Source: Candidatus Saccharimonadota bacterium (GTDB taxonomy: Bacteria; Patescibacteriota; Saccharimonadia; CAILAD01; BJGX01). From it: a DNA stretch of 64,000 nt. The notes under the pieces were generated by a model that saw only the letters and a program-made list of their open reading frames with translations, was not told the origin of the DNA and did no database searches. Location: the NCBI GenBank assembly GCA_016191105.1, contig JACPPH010000008.1, positions 136,951 through 200,950 of the forward strand. Direction: 5' to 3'. Shown piece after piece: positions 9,202 to 16,142 of this stretch; the stretch's first letter is position 1; every line of letters starts with the position of its first letter. The position numbers and the translations under genes were made by a program.

Positions 9202-9546
9202 ATGGCAGATGTAGATTATGCAACCAAAAAAGACCTCAAGACTACCGAGCGCAATTTAGAAACTAGCCTCGATAAACTTGATGAAAAGATCAACCAAAGA
9301 TTCGATGACACTACTGGCTTGATCCGTGAACTGATAGAAGAATTTAGTGGCCGTTTTGATAATGTTGAACAGCGGCTCGACAGGCTCGAGAAAAACTATG
9401 GCCAACCTTTGCTCACAATGGATAAATTTATTGCTCGGCTGGACCGCGAAGAGCTTGAGAATAGTTCTCGTGATGCCCAGCTGGCTCGGCTCGAAGCTTG
9501 GGCAATCAAAGTCTCTAAGAAAACTGGCATCAAACTAGAATATTAG
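9202..9546 (+). CDS. hypothetical coiled-coil protein
   Basis: 114-aa charged, heptad-rich ORF. Confidence 0.35.
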   Translation: MADVDYATKKDLKTTERNLETSLDKLDEKINQRFDDTTGLIRELIEEFSGRFDNVEQRLDRLEKNYGQPLLTMDKFIARLDREELENSSRDAQLARLEAWAIKVSKKTGIKLEY

Positions 9547-9549
9547 CAG

Positions 9550-10203
9550 ATGCTTACCAACCCAAATGCAAAAAGAATCTTGCTATATGGAGATTCTTTT
9601 GTGTTTGGCAAAGTTGGTGGGCAGAACAAACGGTTCGATTCAAAAACTCGATTTAGTGGAGTACTGCAAGACACACTGGGTGCCAACTACGATGTGATCG
9701 AAGAGGGCTTGCGGGCCCGTACGCTATCGGGCGAGAATGGATTCTTTGCCGATCGCGATAGGCTGCAACAATTTAGCCCAATACTCGGCAGTCATTTGCC
9801 AGCAAATCTTGTGGTGATAATGCTTGGCACCAACGACTTTAACTCGAAGAGCTCAAAAGAACCAGTAGGTGTTGGCAAGGATTTAAGGGCCTACCAAAAG
9901 CAGATCGATGAATGGTGTGAGTTCTTGGAAGTACCCATGCCCAAAGTCTTATTGGTTGCACCACCCAACATCAAAGACAAGTACTTCGATGACGGTCAAC
10001 GTGCTATATTTGGCGAGCAAGCTGCGAGCAAAGTCGCAGAGTTACCGACTGGATACGAAAAAGCTGCTAGGGGACTGGACTGGGCATTTTTTGAAGCCAG
10101 CAAGGTTTGTGAAGCCGGTTCTGGAGATGGTGTGCATTTAGACGAAGCAAACAATCGCAAGTTAGGTGAAGCTTTGGCGAAGAATGTGAAAGGAATCGTA
10201 TGA
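9550..10203 (+). CDS. SGNH/GDSL family hydrolase
   Basis: ILLYGDSFVFG (GDS block I), GTNDF (block III) and DGVHL (block V). Confidence 0.7.
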   Translation: MLTNPNAKRILLYGDSFVFGKVGGQNKRFDSKTRFSGVLQDTLGANYDVIEEGLRARTLSGENGFFADRDRLQQFSPILGSHLPANLVVIMLGTNDFNSKSSKEPVGVGKDLRAYQKQIDEWCEFLEVPMPKVLLVAPPNIKDKYFDDGQRAIFGEQAASKVAELPTGYEKAARGLDWAFFEASKVCEAGSGDGVHLDEANNRKLGEALAKNVKGIV

Positions 10204-10838
10204 AACTTTTACTAACTTCAGCTGGCCTTAAGAACCAAACTCTTATTGATGAGTTCTTAAGGCTCGTTGGTAAACCAGCGAAAGAAATTAAAGTTGCCTA
10301 TATTCCTACTGCGGCTAACGTTGAGGTAGGGAACAAAGATTGGCTGATTGATAATTTGTATGAATTTAGACAGCTGGTTGGCGAAGTCGACATTGTAGAT
10401 GTTTCTTCGCTAAAACTTGAACAATTTAAGCCACGGCTAGAATGGGCTAATGCAATTGTAGTTGGCGGCGGTATGTCGTCTTACCTTTATAAACAAATTG
10501 TGGAGTCTGGACTTTCGAAGATTTTGCCTAAGCTACTAGAAGATAGAGTTTATGTCGGCATAAGTGCGGGCAGTATGGTTGTAGGGCCAGACATTGATGA
10601 CGAACTTTCCCAGAAATATTTCAACGAAAAATTGGGTGGTGGTTTAGGGTTTGTAGACTTTTGGATCAAGCCGCATATGAACTCGCCATACTTTAGCGAT
10701 AGAACCCCAGAATTGTTTGCGAAGATTTTTAAAGACACACCAAAAACAGTATATGCGCTTGAAGATAGCACTGCGGTAAAGGTTGATGGTTTAAAAGTGA
10801 CGCCGCTCGGTGAAGGTAAATGGGTAGAGTTTAAGTGA
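10200..10838 (+). CDS. peptidase S51 (dipeptidase E / cyanophycinase-like) family protein
   Basis: Nucleophile motif GISAGSMV and overall S51 layout. Confidence 0.65.
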   Translation: MKLLLTSAGLKNQTLIDEFLRLVGKPAKEIKVAYIPTAANVEVGNKDWLIDNLYEFRQLVGEVDIVDVSSLKLEQFKPRLEWANAIVVGGGMSSYLYKQIVESGLSKILPKLLEDRVYVGISAGSMVVGPDIDDELSQKYFNEKLGGGLGFVDFWIKPHMNSPYFSDRTPELFAKIFKDTPKTVYALEDSTAVKVDGLKVTPLGEGKWVEFK

Positions 10839-11629
10839 AAATCCTCTACATCGGTGACATCGTAGCCCGCATTGGTCGTAAGGCTGTTACGCAAGTATTG
10901 CCCGAGCTGAAGCGCGAAAAGCAGATTGATTTTGTAATTGCCCAAAGCGAAAACATGGCCACCGGCAATGGCTTAACCGAAAAGGGTGTTAGCGACATGA
11001 TGGACGCAGGGGTAGATTTTTTTACCGGTGGCAACCACAGCTTTAAAAAGCCAGAGTTTTTGCCGAAGTTTGAAGATCACACTGTGCCAGTAATCCGCCC
11101 AGCCAACATGCCGGGCGAGCATGTGCCTGGGCGAGGTTGGGCGGTTGTGGACACTGCCTTTGGTAAGATTCTAATAATTAATGTACTTGGCATAACCTTT
11201 AATAGCGAAGAAGTTGAGAATTCGCTGAGAGTTGTCGATAAAATCTTAGAGGAAAACAGCCACCAAAAACTGGCTGCTTCACTGGTGGACTTTCATGGCG
11301 ACTTAAGTAGCGAGAAAGTGGCTGTTGGATTTTACCTCGATGGCCGAGTGAGTGCGGTGGTGGGTAGTCATACTCACGTGCCCACGGCCGATGCACGGGT
11401 GCTATCAGGCGGCACAGCCCACATTACCGACACCGGCATGACCGGCCCCATCGACAGCGTGTTGGGTGTAAAAAAAGAAATTATTATAGGCCGTTGGCTT
11501 GGTGATCGCACTGAATCGTTCGATTGGCCAAAAAGCGGCACGGTGCGCTTTAGTTCGGTACTGATCGATGTTGACCAAAGCGGAAAAGCCAAATCGATTG
11601 AGCAAATTTTACGCTTTATTGACGTATAA
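10835..11629 (+). CDS. YmdB-like metallophosphoesterase (2',3'-cNMP phosphodiesterase family)
   Basis: MKILYIGDIVARIGR...FVIAQSEN...GGNHSF...DFHGD...GSHTHVPTAD, characteristic of the TIGR00282 family. Confidence 0.8.
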   Translation: MKILYIGDIVARIGRKAVTQVLPELKREKQIDFVIAQSENMATGNGLTEKGVSDMMDAGVDFFTGGNHSFKKPEFLPKFEDHTVPVIRPANMPGEHVPGRGWAVVDTAFGKILIINVLGITFNSEEVENSLRVVDKILEENSHQKLAASLVDFHGDLSSEKVAVGFYLDGRVSAVVGSHTHVPTADARVLSGGTAHITDTGMTGPIDSVLGVKKEIIIGRWLGDRTESFDWPKSGTVRFSSVLIDVDQSGKAKSIEQILRFIDV

Positions 11630-11652
11630 TAGTGAAAGTAAGTGAGGGTAAA

Positions 11653-11934
11653 ATGACACACCGTGAACTAATACGCGAACTGGCCGAAGAGCTGGGGGTA
11701 AGCAAAGCCCAGGCCGAGCGGTCGATAAAAAAGCTCAGCCAGATCGTGATGACCGAGGTTAAGGCTGGCCACAAAGTAGGCATAACCGGCTTTGGCGTGT
11801 TTTATCGTGGCAAGCGGGCGGCTCGGGCTGGCATTAACCCAATGACTGGTGGCAAGATCAAGATAGGGGCTATGGATCTGCCCAAGTTTCGAGCTGGCTC
11901 AACCTTTAAAGAGATGCTGCGTAAGTCTCCTTAA
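11653..11934 (+). CDS. DNA-binding protein HU
   Basis: MTHRELIRELAEELGVSKAQAERSIKK...GFGVFYRGKRAARAGINPMTGGKIKI. RBS GAGGG upstream of the ATG at 11653. Confidence 0.85.
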   Translation: MTHRELIRELAEELGVSKAQAERSIKKLSQIVMTEVKAGHKVGITGFGVFYRGKRAARAGINPMTGGKIKIGAMDLPKFRAGSTFKEMLRKSP

Positions 11935-11983
11935 GCCAAAGCAGGTTGTGTAATAACTCTCCCTTAACTATAATCTAGCTAAC

Positions 11984-13357
11984 ATGCCAAGAAAAAAGAA
12001 TATATTTACAAAAGCTGTCGAGGTTCCAGCGGTAGCTTTAGACAAAACGGTTGATACTGCTAAAAACGTTTCTGGTAAGCTACCGCAACCGCATGTGATT
12101 CAGCGAACCAAAAACTTTTGGCATAATTTGGGCCCTGGATTAACCACCGGCGCATCTGACGACGACCCATCGGGGATAGCCACATATTCACAAACTGGTG
12201 CCCAGTTTGGATTTCAATTTTTGTGGATGGCAATATTCACTTATCCTCTGATGTCGATTGTGCAAGAAATGTGTGCACGTATTGGCTTGGTAACCGGCCG
12301 GGGGTTGGCTGGTAATATTCGGATTCATTTTCCACGCTGGGTGATTGCAACCGCAGCTATATTGTTATTTGCTGCCAATGCCTTTAATATTGGTGCTGAC
12401 CTGGGTGCTATGGCTAAGGCTGTCCAATTGATAAGGCCGAGTATGAACTACGGTGTTTTGGTAATTGGCTTTACTGCTTTTAGTATTTGTTTGCAAATCT
12501 TTACGCCATACGAAAAATATGCCAAGTACCTTAAATGGTTAGCGCTAATCTTGCTCTCATATATTGTCTCGGCTTGGCTGGCTAATCCCAATTGGCAAGA
12601 GGTGCTTACACGTGCTGTTGTTCCAAGTTTTAATTTTAACAAAACTCAAATTCTCATAGTCTCTGCTATTTTGGGCACGACTATTTCGCCATACTTGTTT
12701 TTCTGGCAGACATCGCAAGAAGTTGAAGAGCAGATCTTAAAGGGTCGCACCACGGTGTTACAGCGCCAGGATTCCAATAAAAAAGAGGTGCGTCAAATGC
12801 GGGTCGATGTTTGGTCGGGTATGTTGCTATCAAACATTGTAATGTTTTTTATTATTGCGGCTTCTGGTGGCATCTTGTTCCCAAACGGCGTAACCAATAT
12901 AGGTACTGCTGCCCAAGCCGCCGAAGCCTTGCGGCCATTTGCTGGCGATGCAACATATTGGTTATTCGCAATCGGTATTATTGGCACAGGTTTACTTGCC
13001 ATTCCGGTTATGGCCGGTGCGAGCTCATATGCTTTCGCTGAAAGCTTTGGTTGGCAAGAAGGTTTGTTCCGAAATCTCAAACAGGCTCATGCCTTTTATG
13101 GTGTTATAATCTTCTCTATGCTAATTGGTCTGGCCTTAAATTTTGTTGGCCTAGATCCGATTAAGGCTTTAATTTATGCTGCTGTTGGCAACGGCATTGT
13201 TGCGCCTGTTGTGTTGGCACTAATTGTGATAATTAGTAGTAATCCAAAGCACATGGGCCGCTGGGTGAACAAAAAGTCGGTTACCATCATGGGCTGGCTT
13301 ATAACTGGTGTTATGGCAATAGTCGGCATTGCCGCTATTATCTCGATGTTGTCATGA
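11984..13357 (+). CDS. mntH: NRAMP family divalent metal (Mn2+/Fe2+) transporter
   Basis: TGASDDDPSGIATYSQTGAQFGF plus about 11 TM segments. Confidence 0.85.
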   Translation: MPRKKNIFTKAVEVPAVALDKTVDTAKNVSGKLPQPHVIQRTKNFWHNLGPGLTTGASDDDPSGIATYSQTGAQFGFQFLWMAIFTYPLMSIVQEMCARIGLVTGRGLAGNIRIHFPRWVIATAAILLFAANAFNIGADLGAMAKAVQLIRPSMNYGVLVIGFTAFSICLQIFTPYEKYAKYLKWLALILLSYIVSAWLANPNWQEVLTRAVVPSFNFNKTQILIVSAILGTTISPYLFFWQTSQEVEEQILKGRTTVLQRQDSNKKEVRQMRVDVWSGMLLSNIVMFFIIAASGGILFPNGVTNIGTAAQAAEALRPFAGDATYWLFAIGIIGTGLLAIPVMAGASSYAFAESFGWQEGLFRNLKQAHAFYGVIIFSMLIGLALNFVGLDPIKALIYAAVGNGIVAPVVLALIVIISSNPKHMGRWVNKKSVTIMGWLITGVMAIVGIAAIISMLS

Positions 13358-13395
13358 CTAAAAAAGATCCAACTTTGGATCTTTTTAGATAAATT

Positions 13396-13473
13396 TGGGG
13401 TGAGTGATGGGGCTCGAACCCACGACCTTCGGGACCACAACCCGACGCTCTAACCAGCTGAGCTACACCCACC
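13396..13473 (-). tRNA. tRNA-His (anticodon GTG) with encoded G-1 and CCA
   Basis: Folds as GGTGGGTG-TA-GCTC...GAGC / TCGGG-TTGTGGT-CCCGA / GTGGG-TTCGAGC-CCCAT / CACTCAC-C-CCA, with G-1:C73. Confidence 0.85.
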
Positions 13474-13502
13474 ACGTCCAAATAATGCTTCGATAAGCAT
13501 TG

Positions 13503-13516
13503 CGAATAGTTATTCG
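13503..13516. promoter_or_regulatory. perfect palindrome CGAATAGTTATTCG within a conserved module upstream of the tRNA-His 5' end
   Basis: Same 14-nt palindrome recurs at 13808-13821 upstream of tRNA-Arg(TCT), embedded in about 85 nt of conserved flank with TTGAAT and TATTAT-like boxes. Confidence 0.4.
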
Positions 13517-13595
13517 CAATTTACATTCTCGCATTATTTCTCCTATCGATTCAACAAATAGAAACAATTCTCTTGCTGAATCGACTAGAAAAGCA

Positions 13596-13701
13596 ATGAA
13601 ATTTATTCGATCAAAAGCGGGAACGGTTTTGATCGTGAGGAGAATTGCTATATCAGCTGTAGCAATTTAATAAATACGAAAGCTACAATAGCAATTCGAC
13701 G
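13596..13701 (-). repeat. tRNA 3'-flank repeat module (family B), minus orientation, downstream of tRNA-Arg(TCT)
   Basis: Reverse complement matches 15713-15846 and 15924-16065 (CGTCGAATTRCTATTGTAGCTTTCGTA...GATCAAAAC...GCTTTTGATC). Confidence 0.6.
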
Positions 13702-13778
13702 TGGTACCCCCGGCAGGACTCGAACCTGCGACCTACGGTTTAGAAAACCGTTGCTCTATCCAGCTGAGCTACGGGGGC
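13702..13778 (-). tRNA. tRNA-Arg (anticodon TCT), CCA encoded
   Basis: GCCCCCG-TA-GCTC AGCTGGATA GAGC-A-ACGGT TTTCTAA ACCGT-AGGTC-GCAGG TTCGAGT CCTGC-CGGGGGT-A-CCA. Confidence 0.85.
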
Positions 13779-13807
13779 ACGTTCAAATAATACTCTGATA
13801 TTTGGTA

Positions 13808-13821
13808 CGAATAGTTATTCG
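13808..13821. promoter_or_regulatory. second copy of palindrome CGAATAGTTATTCG upstream of the tRNA-Arg(TCT) 5' end
   Basis: Part of the conserved family-A flank (13779-13870) shared with 13474-13560. Confidence 0.4.
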
Positions 13822-14018
13822 CACCTTATATTCTCGCATTATTTATCTCTGCGATTCAAATTTATTCGACAATTTGAATCGCAGAGTCAGCTGCTGGCTA
13901 CTCTTACCAAAGACAATTAGAATACTTTCAATTGTTTTTGGTAATAGGAAATTTTAGGCATCAGCCAAAGAGAACATAAAAGTCTTTTGTTCTCGAAGGC
14001 TAAAGCCTAAAAATGACG

Positions 14019-14093
14019 TGGAGCGGGTAGCGGGAATCAAACCCGCATCGCCTGCTTGGAAGGCAGGCATAATAATCATTATACGATACCCGC
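14019..14093 (-). tRNA. tRNA-Gly (anticodon TCC), CCA encoded
   Basis: GCGGGTATCGTATAATGATTATTATGCCTGCCTTCCAAGCAGGCGATGCGGGTTTGATTCCCGCTACCCGCTCCA. Anticodon stem CCTGC/GCAGG with loop CTTCCAA. Overall very similar to the canonical bacterial tRNA-Gly(UCC) scaffold, with a D-loop lacking GG. Confidence 0.75.
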
Positions 14094-14316
14094 TTAGAGC
14101 CAAAACGCCATTTTAGATGGTCGTTAAGGCTACTTAATATAAGGTGCCAGGCCGAGGCCCACAAGAACAATATAATACTAGAAAACAAGCCATATTTCAA
14201 GTTGGTGCTAATGCACCTATCCTATCAAAAGTATAGCACGGCCCAATACTCGGTTGCATAAGCTCAACGATTGGTGTTTAATTAACTATATAGTAAAAAC
14301 TACAAGGAGTTATACA

Positions 14317-14775
14317 ATGACAAAATCTGCACTTATTAAAGCTTCGGCTGCGGCAGCAGCGCTAAGTAGCTTGGCGCCGCTGGTCGCTCGAGCCGATGAT
14401 ATTAGCAGCACTACCACCGATACAGCCAGCACCGCGGCCGGTACTGCCGCTGCAGGTGGTATATTGGGTGTTGTTCTAATTTTTTGGATCTTGTTCTTGG
14501 CAATTGCGTTAGGATTTTTTATTTTTTGGGTTGTAATGCTAATTGATGCCTTTAAGCGAACCAACTGGCAAGACGAAGGCCAAAAGAATCTGTGGCTAAT
14601 AATACTGATCGTCTCGATTTTCGTGGGCTTGGCTTGGTTGGCGGCTCTGCTGTACTACTTCATTATCAAGCGAGCTCTCGACAAGGGTGCGGCACCGCAA
14701 GTGGCTGCCCAGGCTAGCCAGCCAACAGCTCCAGCTCAACCGGCCACTCCAGAACAAGACAACCAACAAAAGTAA
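14317..14775 (+). CDS. small secreted/membrane protein (signal peptide, 3 TM helices, Gln/Pro-rich tail)
   Basis: RBS AAGGAG 8 nt upstream of the ATG at 14317. Hairpin plus T-run terminator follows at 14792-14824. Confidence 0.5.
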   Translation: MTKSALIKASAAAAALSSLAPLVARADDISSTTTDTASTAAGTAAAGGILGVVLIFWILFLAIALGFFIFWVVMLIDAFKRTNWQDEGQKNLWLIILIVSIFVGLAWLAALLYYFIIKRALDKGAAPQVAAQASQPTAPAQPATPEQDNQQK

Positions 14776-14791
14776 CAGTTTACAAACCATA

Positions 14792-14824
14792 AAAGCGCCT
14801 GAGTTTAAGCCGGGCGCTTTTTGG
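14792..14824 (+). terminator. Rho-independent terminator
   Basis: aaagcgcctg-agttta-agccgggcgcttttt hairpin followed by a T-run. Confidence 0.5.
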
Positions 14825-14839
14825 TATAATGCGAGAGCA

Positions 14840-15577
14840 ATGAAAATTACTCCAATCAAAACCCGTCCGTTAATTCCGCCTAAAGATGACTTGCTAGCCG
14901 TAATAGCAGAAAGTTTAAAGGAGCTGCCAGAGCAATCAGTTTTGGCCATTGCCTCGAAGGTAGTGGCGATTGATGAGGGTAGATGTATCCCGCTGAGCGA
15001 GATTGAGCACGATGACCTAGTGAAACGAGAGTCTGATAAGTATTTACCGCGTAGCTGTGTGCCTGGAGCCCACATTATACATACTCTGAAGAACAACCTG
15101 CTAATTGGCTCTGCTGGCATAGATGAGAGTAACGCCAACAATTACTTTATACTCTGGCCCGAAGATCCAAAAGCTTCTGCTAAACAGATTTTTGAGTATT
15201 TGAAAAGTGAATTTGGAACTAAGCGATTCGCAGTTTTAATAACTGATTCTCATTCTGTCGCGATGAGGCGAGGCACGGTGGGCATATCGTTGGCGAGCTA
15301 CGGCCTAAAGCCATTAAAGGACTATCGTGGTAAAGAAGATATATTTGGGCGAGAGCTTAAAGCCACAATGACCAATCTTGCTGATGGCTTAGCGGCAGCC
15401 GCCACACTGGTAATGGGAGAGGGCGCAGAAGTCTGCCCATTGGCCTTGATTGAAGATTTAGATGTAGAGTTTATTAGCCAACCCTACAGACCGACAGATC
15501 CTGATGGTAGCTTTGAAATACCACCAGAACAAGATATGTTTAAGCCGTTTTTTGATGGTGTAGACTGGCAAGAATAG
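14840..15577 (+). CDS. CofE-like protein (F420-0:gamma-glutamyl ligase family, PF01996 fold)
   Basis: MKITPIKTRPLIPPKDDLLAVIAESL...LAIASKVVAIDEGRCIPL mirrors the CofE N-terminal motif (I-x-G-LP-x-I-x-GDDL...V-x-SK-x-V-SK-x-EGR). Confidence 0.5.
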   Translation: MKITPIKTRPLIPPKDDLLAVIAESLKELPEQSVLAIASKVVAIDEGRCIPLSEIEHDDLVKRESDKYLPRSCVPGAHIIHTLKNNLLIGSAGIDESNANNYFILWPEDPKASAKQIFEYLKSEFGTKRFAVLITDSHSVAMRRGTVGISLASYGLKPLKDYRGKEDIFGRELKATMTNLADGLAAAATLVMGEGAEVCPLALIEDLDVEFISQPYRPTDPDGSFEIPPEQDMFKPFFDGVDWQE

Positions 15578-15635
15578 CTATCTCCTGGGTGACTTTCATT
15601 GCCATAAGATATATGGTAAAATAACCTGGTTTCTA

Positions 15636-15712
15636 GCGCCCTTAGCTCAGCGGATTAGAGCGACTGGCTTCGGACCAGTAGGTCGGGGGTTCGAATCCCT
15701 CAGGGCGTACCA
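15636..15712 (+). tRNA. tRNA-Arg (anticodon TCG), CCA encoded
   Basis: GCGCCCT-TA-GCTC AGCGGATTA GAGC-G-ACTGG CTTCGGA CCAGT-AGGTC-GGGGG TTCGAAT CCCTC-AGGGCGT-A-CCA. Confidence 0.8.
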
Positions 15713-15846
15713 CGTCGAATTACTATTGTAGCTTTCGTAACTCACAGTTACTTCAGCTGACATATTAATTCTCCTCGCGATCAAAACCATTGCTGCTTTT
15801 GATCGGTTGAAAACAAGCCGATTCAAGTTGTCGAAATTTGAGTTGG
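15713..15846 (+). repeat. tRNA 3'-flank repeat module (family B) between tRNA-Arg(TCG) and tRNA-Lys
   Basis: cgtcgaattactattgtagctttcgtaactcacagttacttcagctgacata...ctcctcgcgatcaaaaccattgctgcttttgatcg. Near-identical to 15924-16065. Confidence 0.6.
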
Positions 15847-15923
15847 GGGCCATTAGCTCAGTTGGTTAGAGCATCTGCCTCTTAAGCAGAGTGTCCTGGG
15901 TTCGAGTCCCAGATGGCCCTCCA
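15847..15923 (+). tRNA. tRNA-Lys (anticodon CTT), CCA encoded
   Basis: GGGCCAT-TA-GCTC AGTTGGTTA GAGC-A-TCTGC CTCTTAA GCAGA-GTGTC-CTGGG TTCGAGT CCCAG-ATGGCCC-T-CCA. Confidence 0.85.
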
Positions 15924-16065
15924 CGTCGAATTACTATTGTAGCTTTCGTAATCCATGATTACTTCAGCTGACATAGCAATTCTCCTTGCGATCAAAACCA
16001 TTCCCGCTTTTGATCGAAAACAAAATAACCGATTCAAATTGTCGAAGAAATTTGAATCGAATAGC
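15924..16065 (+). repeat. tRNA 3'-flank repeat module (family B) between tRNA-Lys and tRNA-Pro
   Basis: Second tandem copy of the CGTCGAATTACTATTGTAGCTTTCGTAA...GATCAAAACC...GCTTTTGATCG module. Confidence 0.6.
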
Positions 16066-16142
16066 CGGGGTGTGGCGCAGTTGGCTAGCGCGCCGCGTTT
16101 GGGACGCGGAGGTCGAAGGTTCGAGTCCTTTCACCCCGACCA
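16066..16142 (+). tRNA. tRNA-Pro (anticodon TGG), C1:G72, CCA encoded
   Basis: CGGGGTG-TG-GCGC AGTTGGCTA GCGC-G-CCGCG TTTGGGA CGCGG-AGGTC-GAAGG TTCGAGT CCTTT-CACCCCG-A-CCA. Confidence 0.8.

Noticed and set aside
12448-13440. Several 60-95-aa ORFs inside or antisense to the NRAMP gene (12448-12642 -, 12793-13080 -, 12811-13041 +, 13174-13440 -)
   Set aside because: They are embedded in a well-supported transporter CDS or overlap tRNA-His; no independent support.
14019-14093. First-pass reading of this tRNA as tRNA-Trp(CCA)
   Set aside because: Careful refolding places the anticodon stem as CCTGC/GCAGG with loop CTTCCAA (anticodon UCC, U33, A37). The whole sequence closely matches the canonical bacterial tRNA-Gly(UCC) scaffold.
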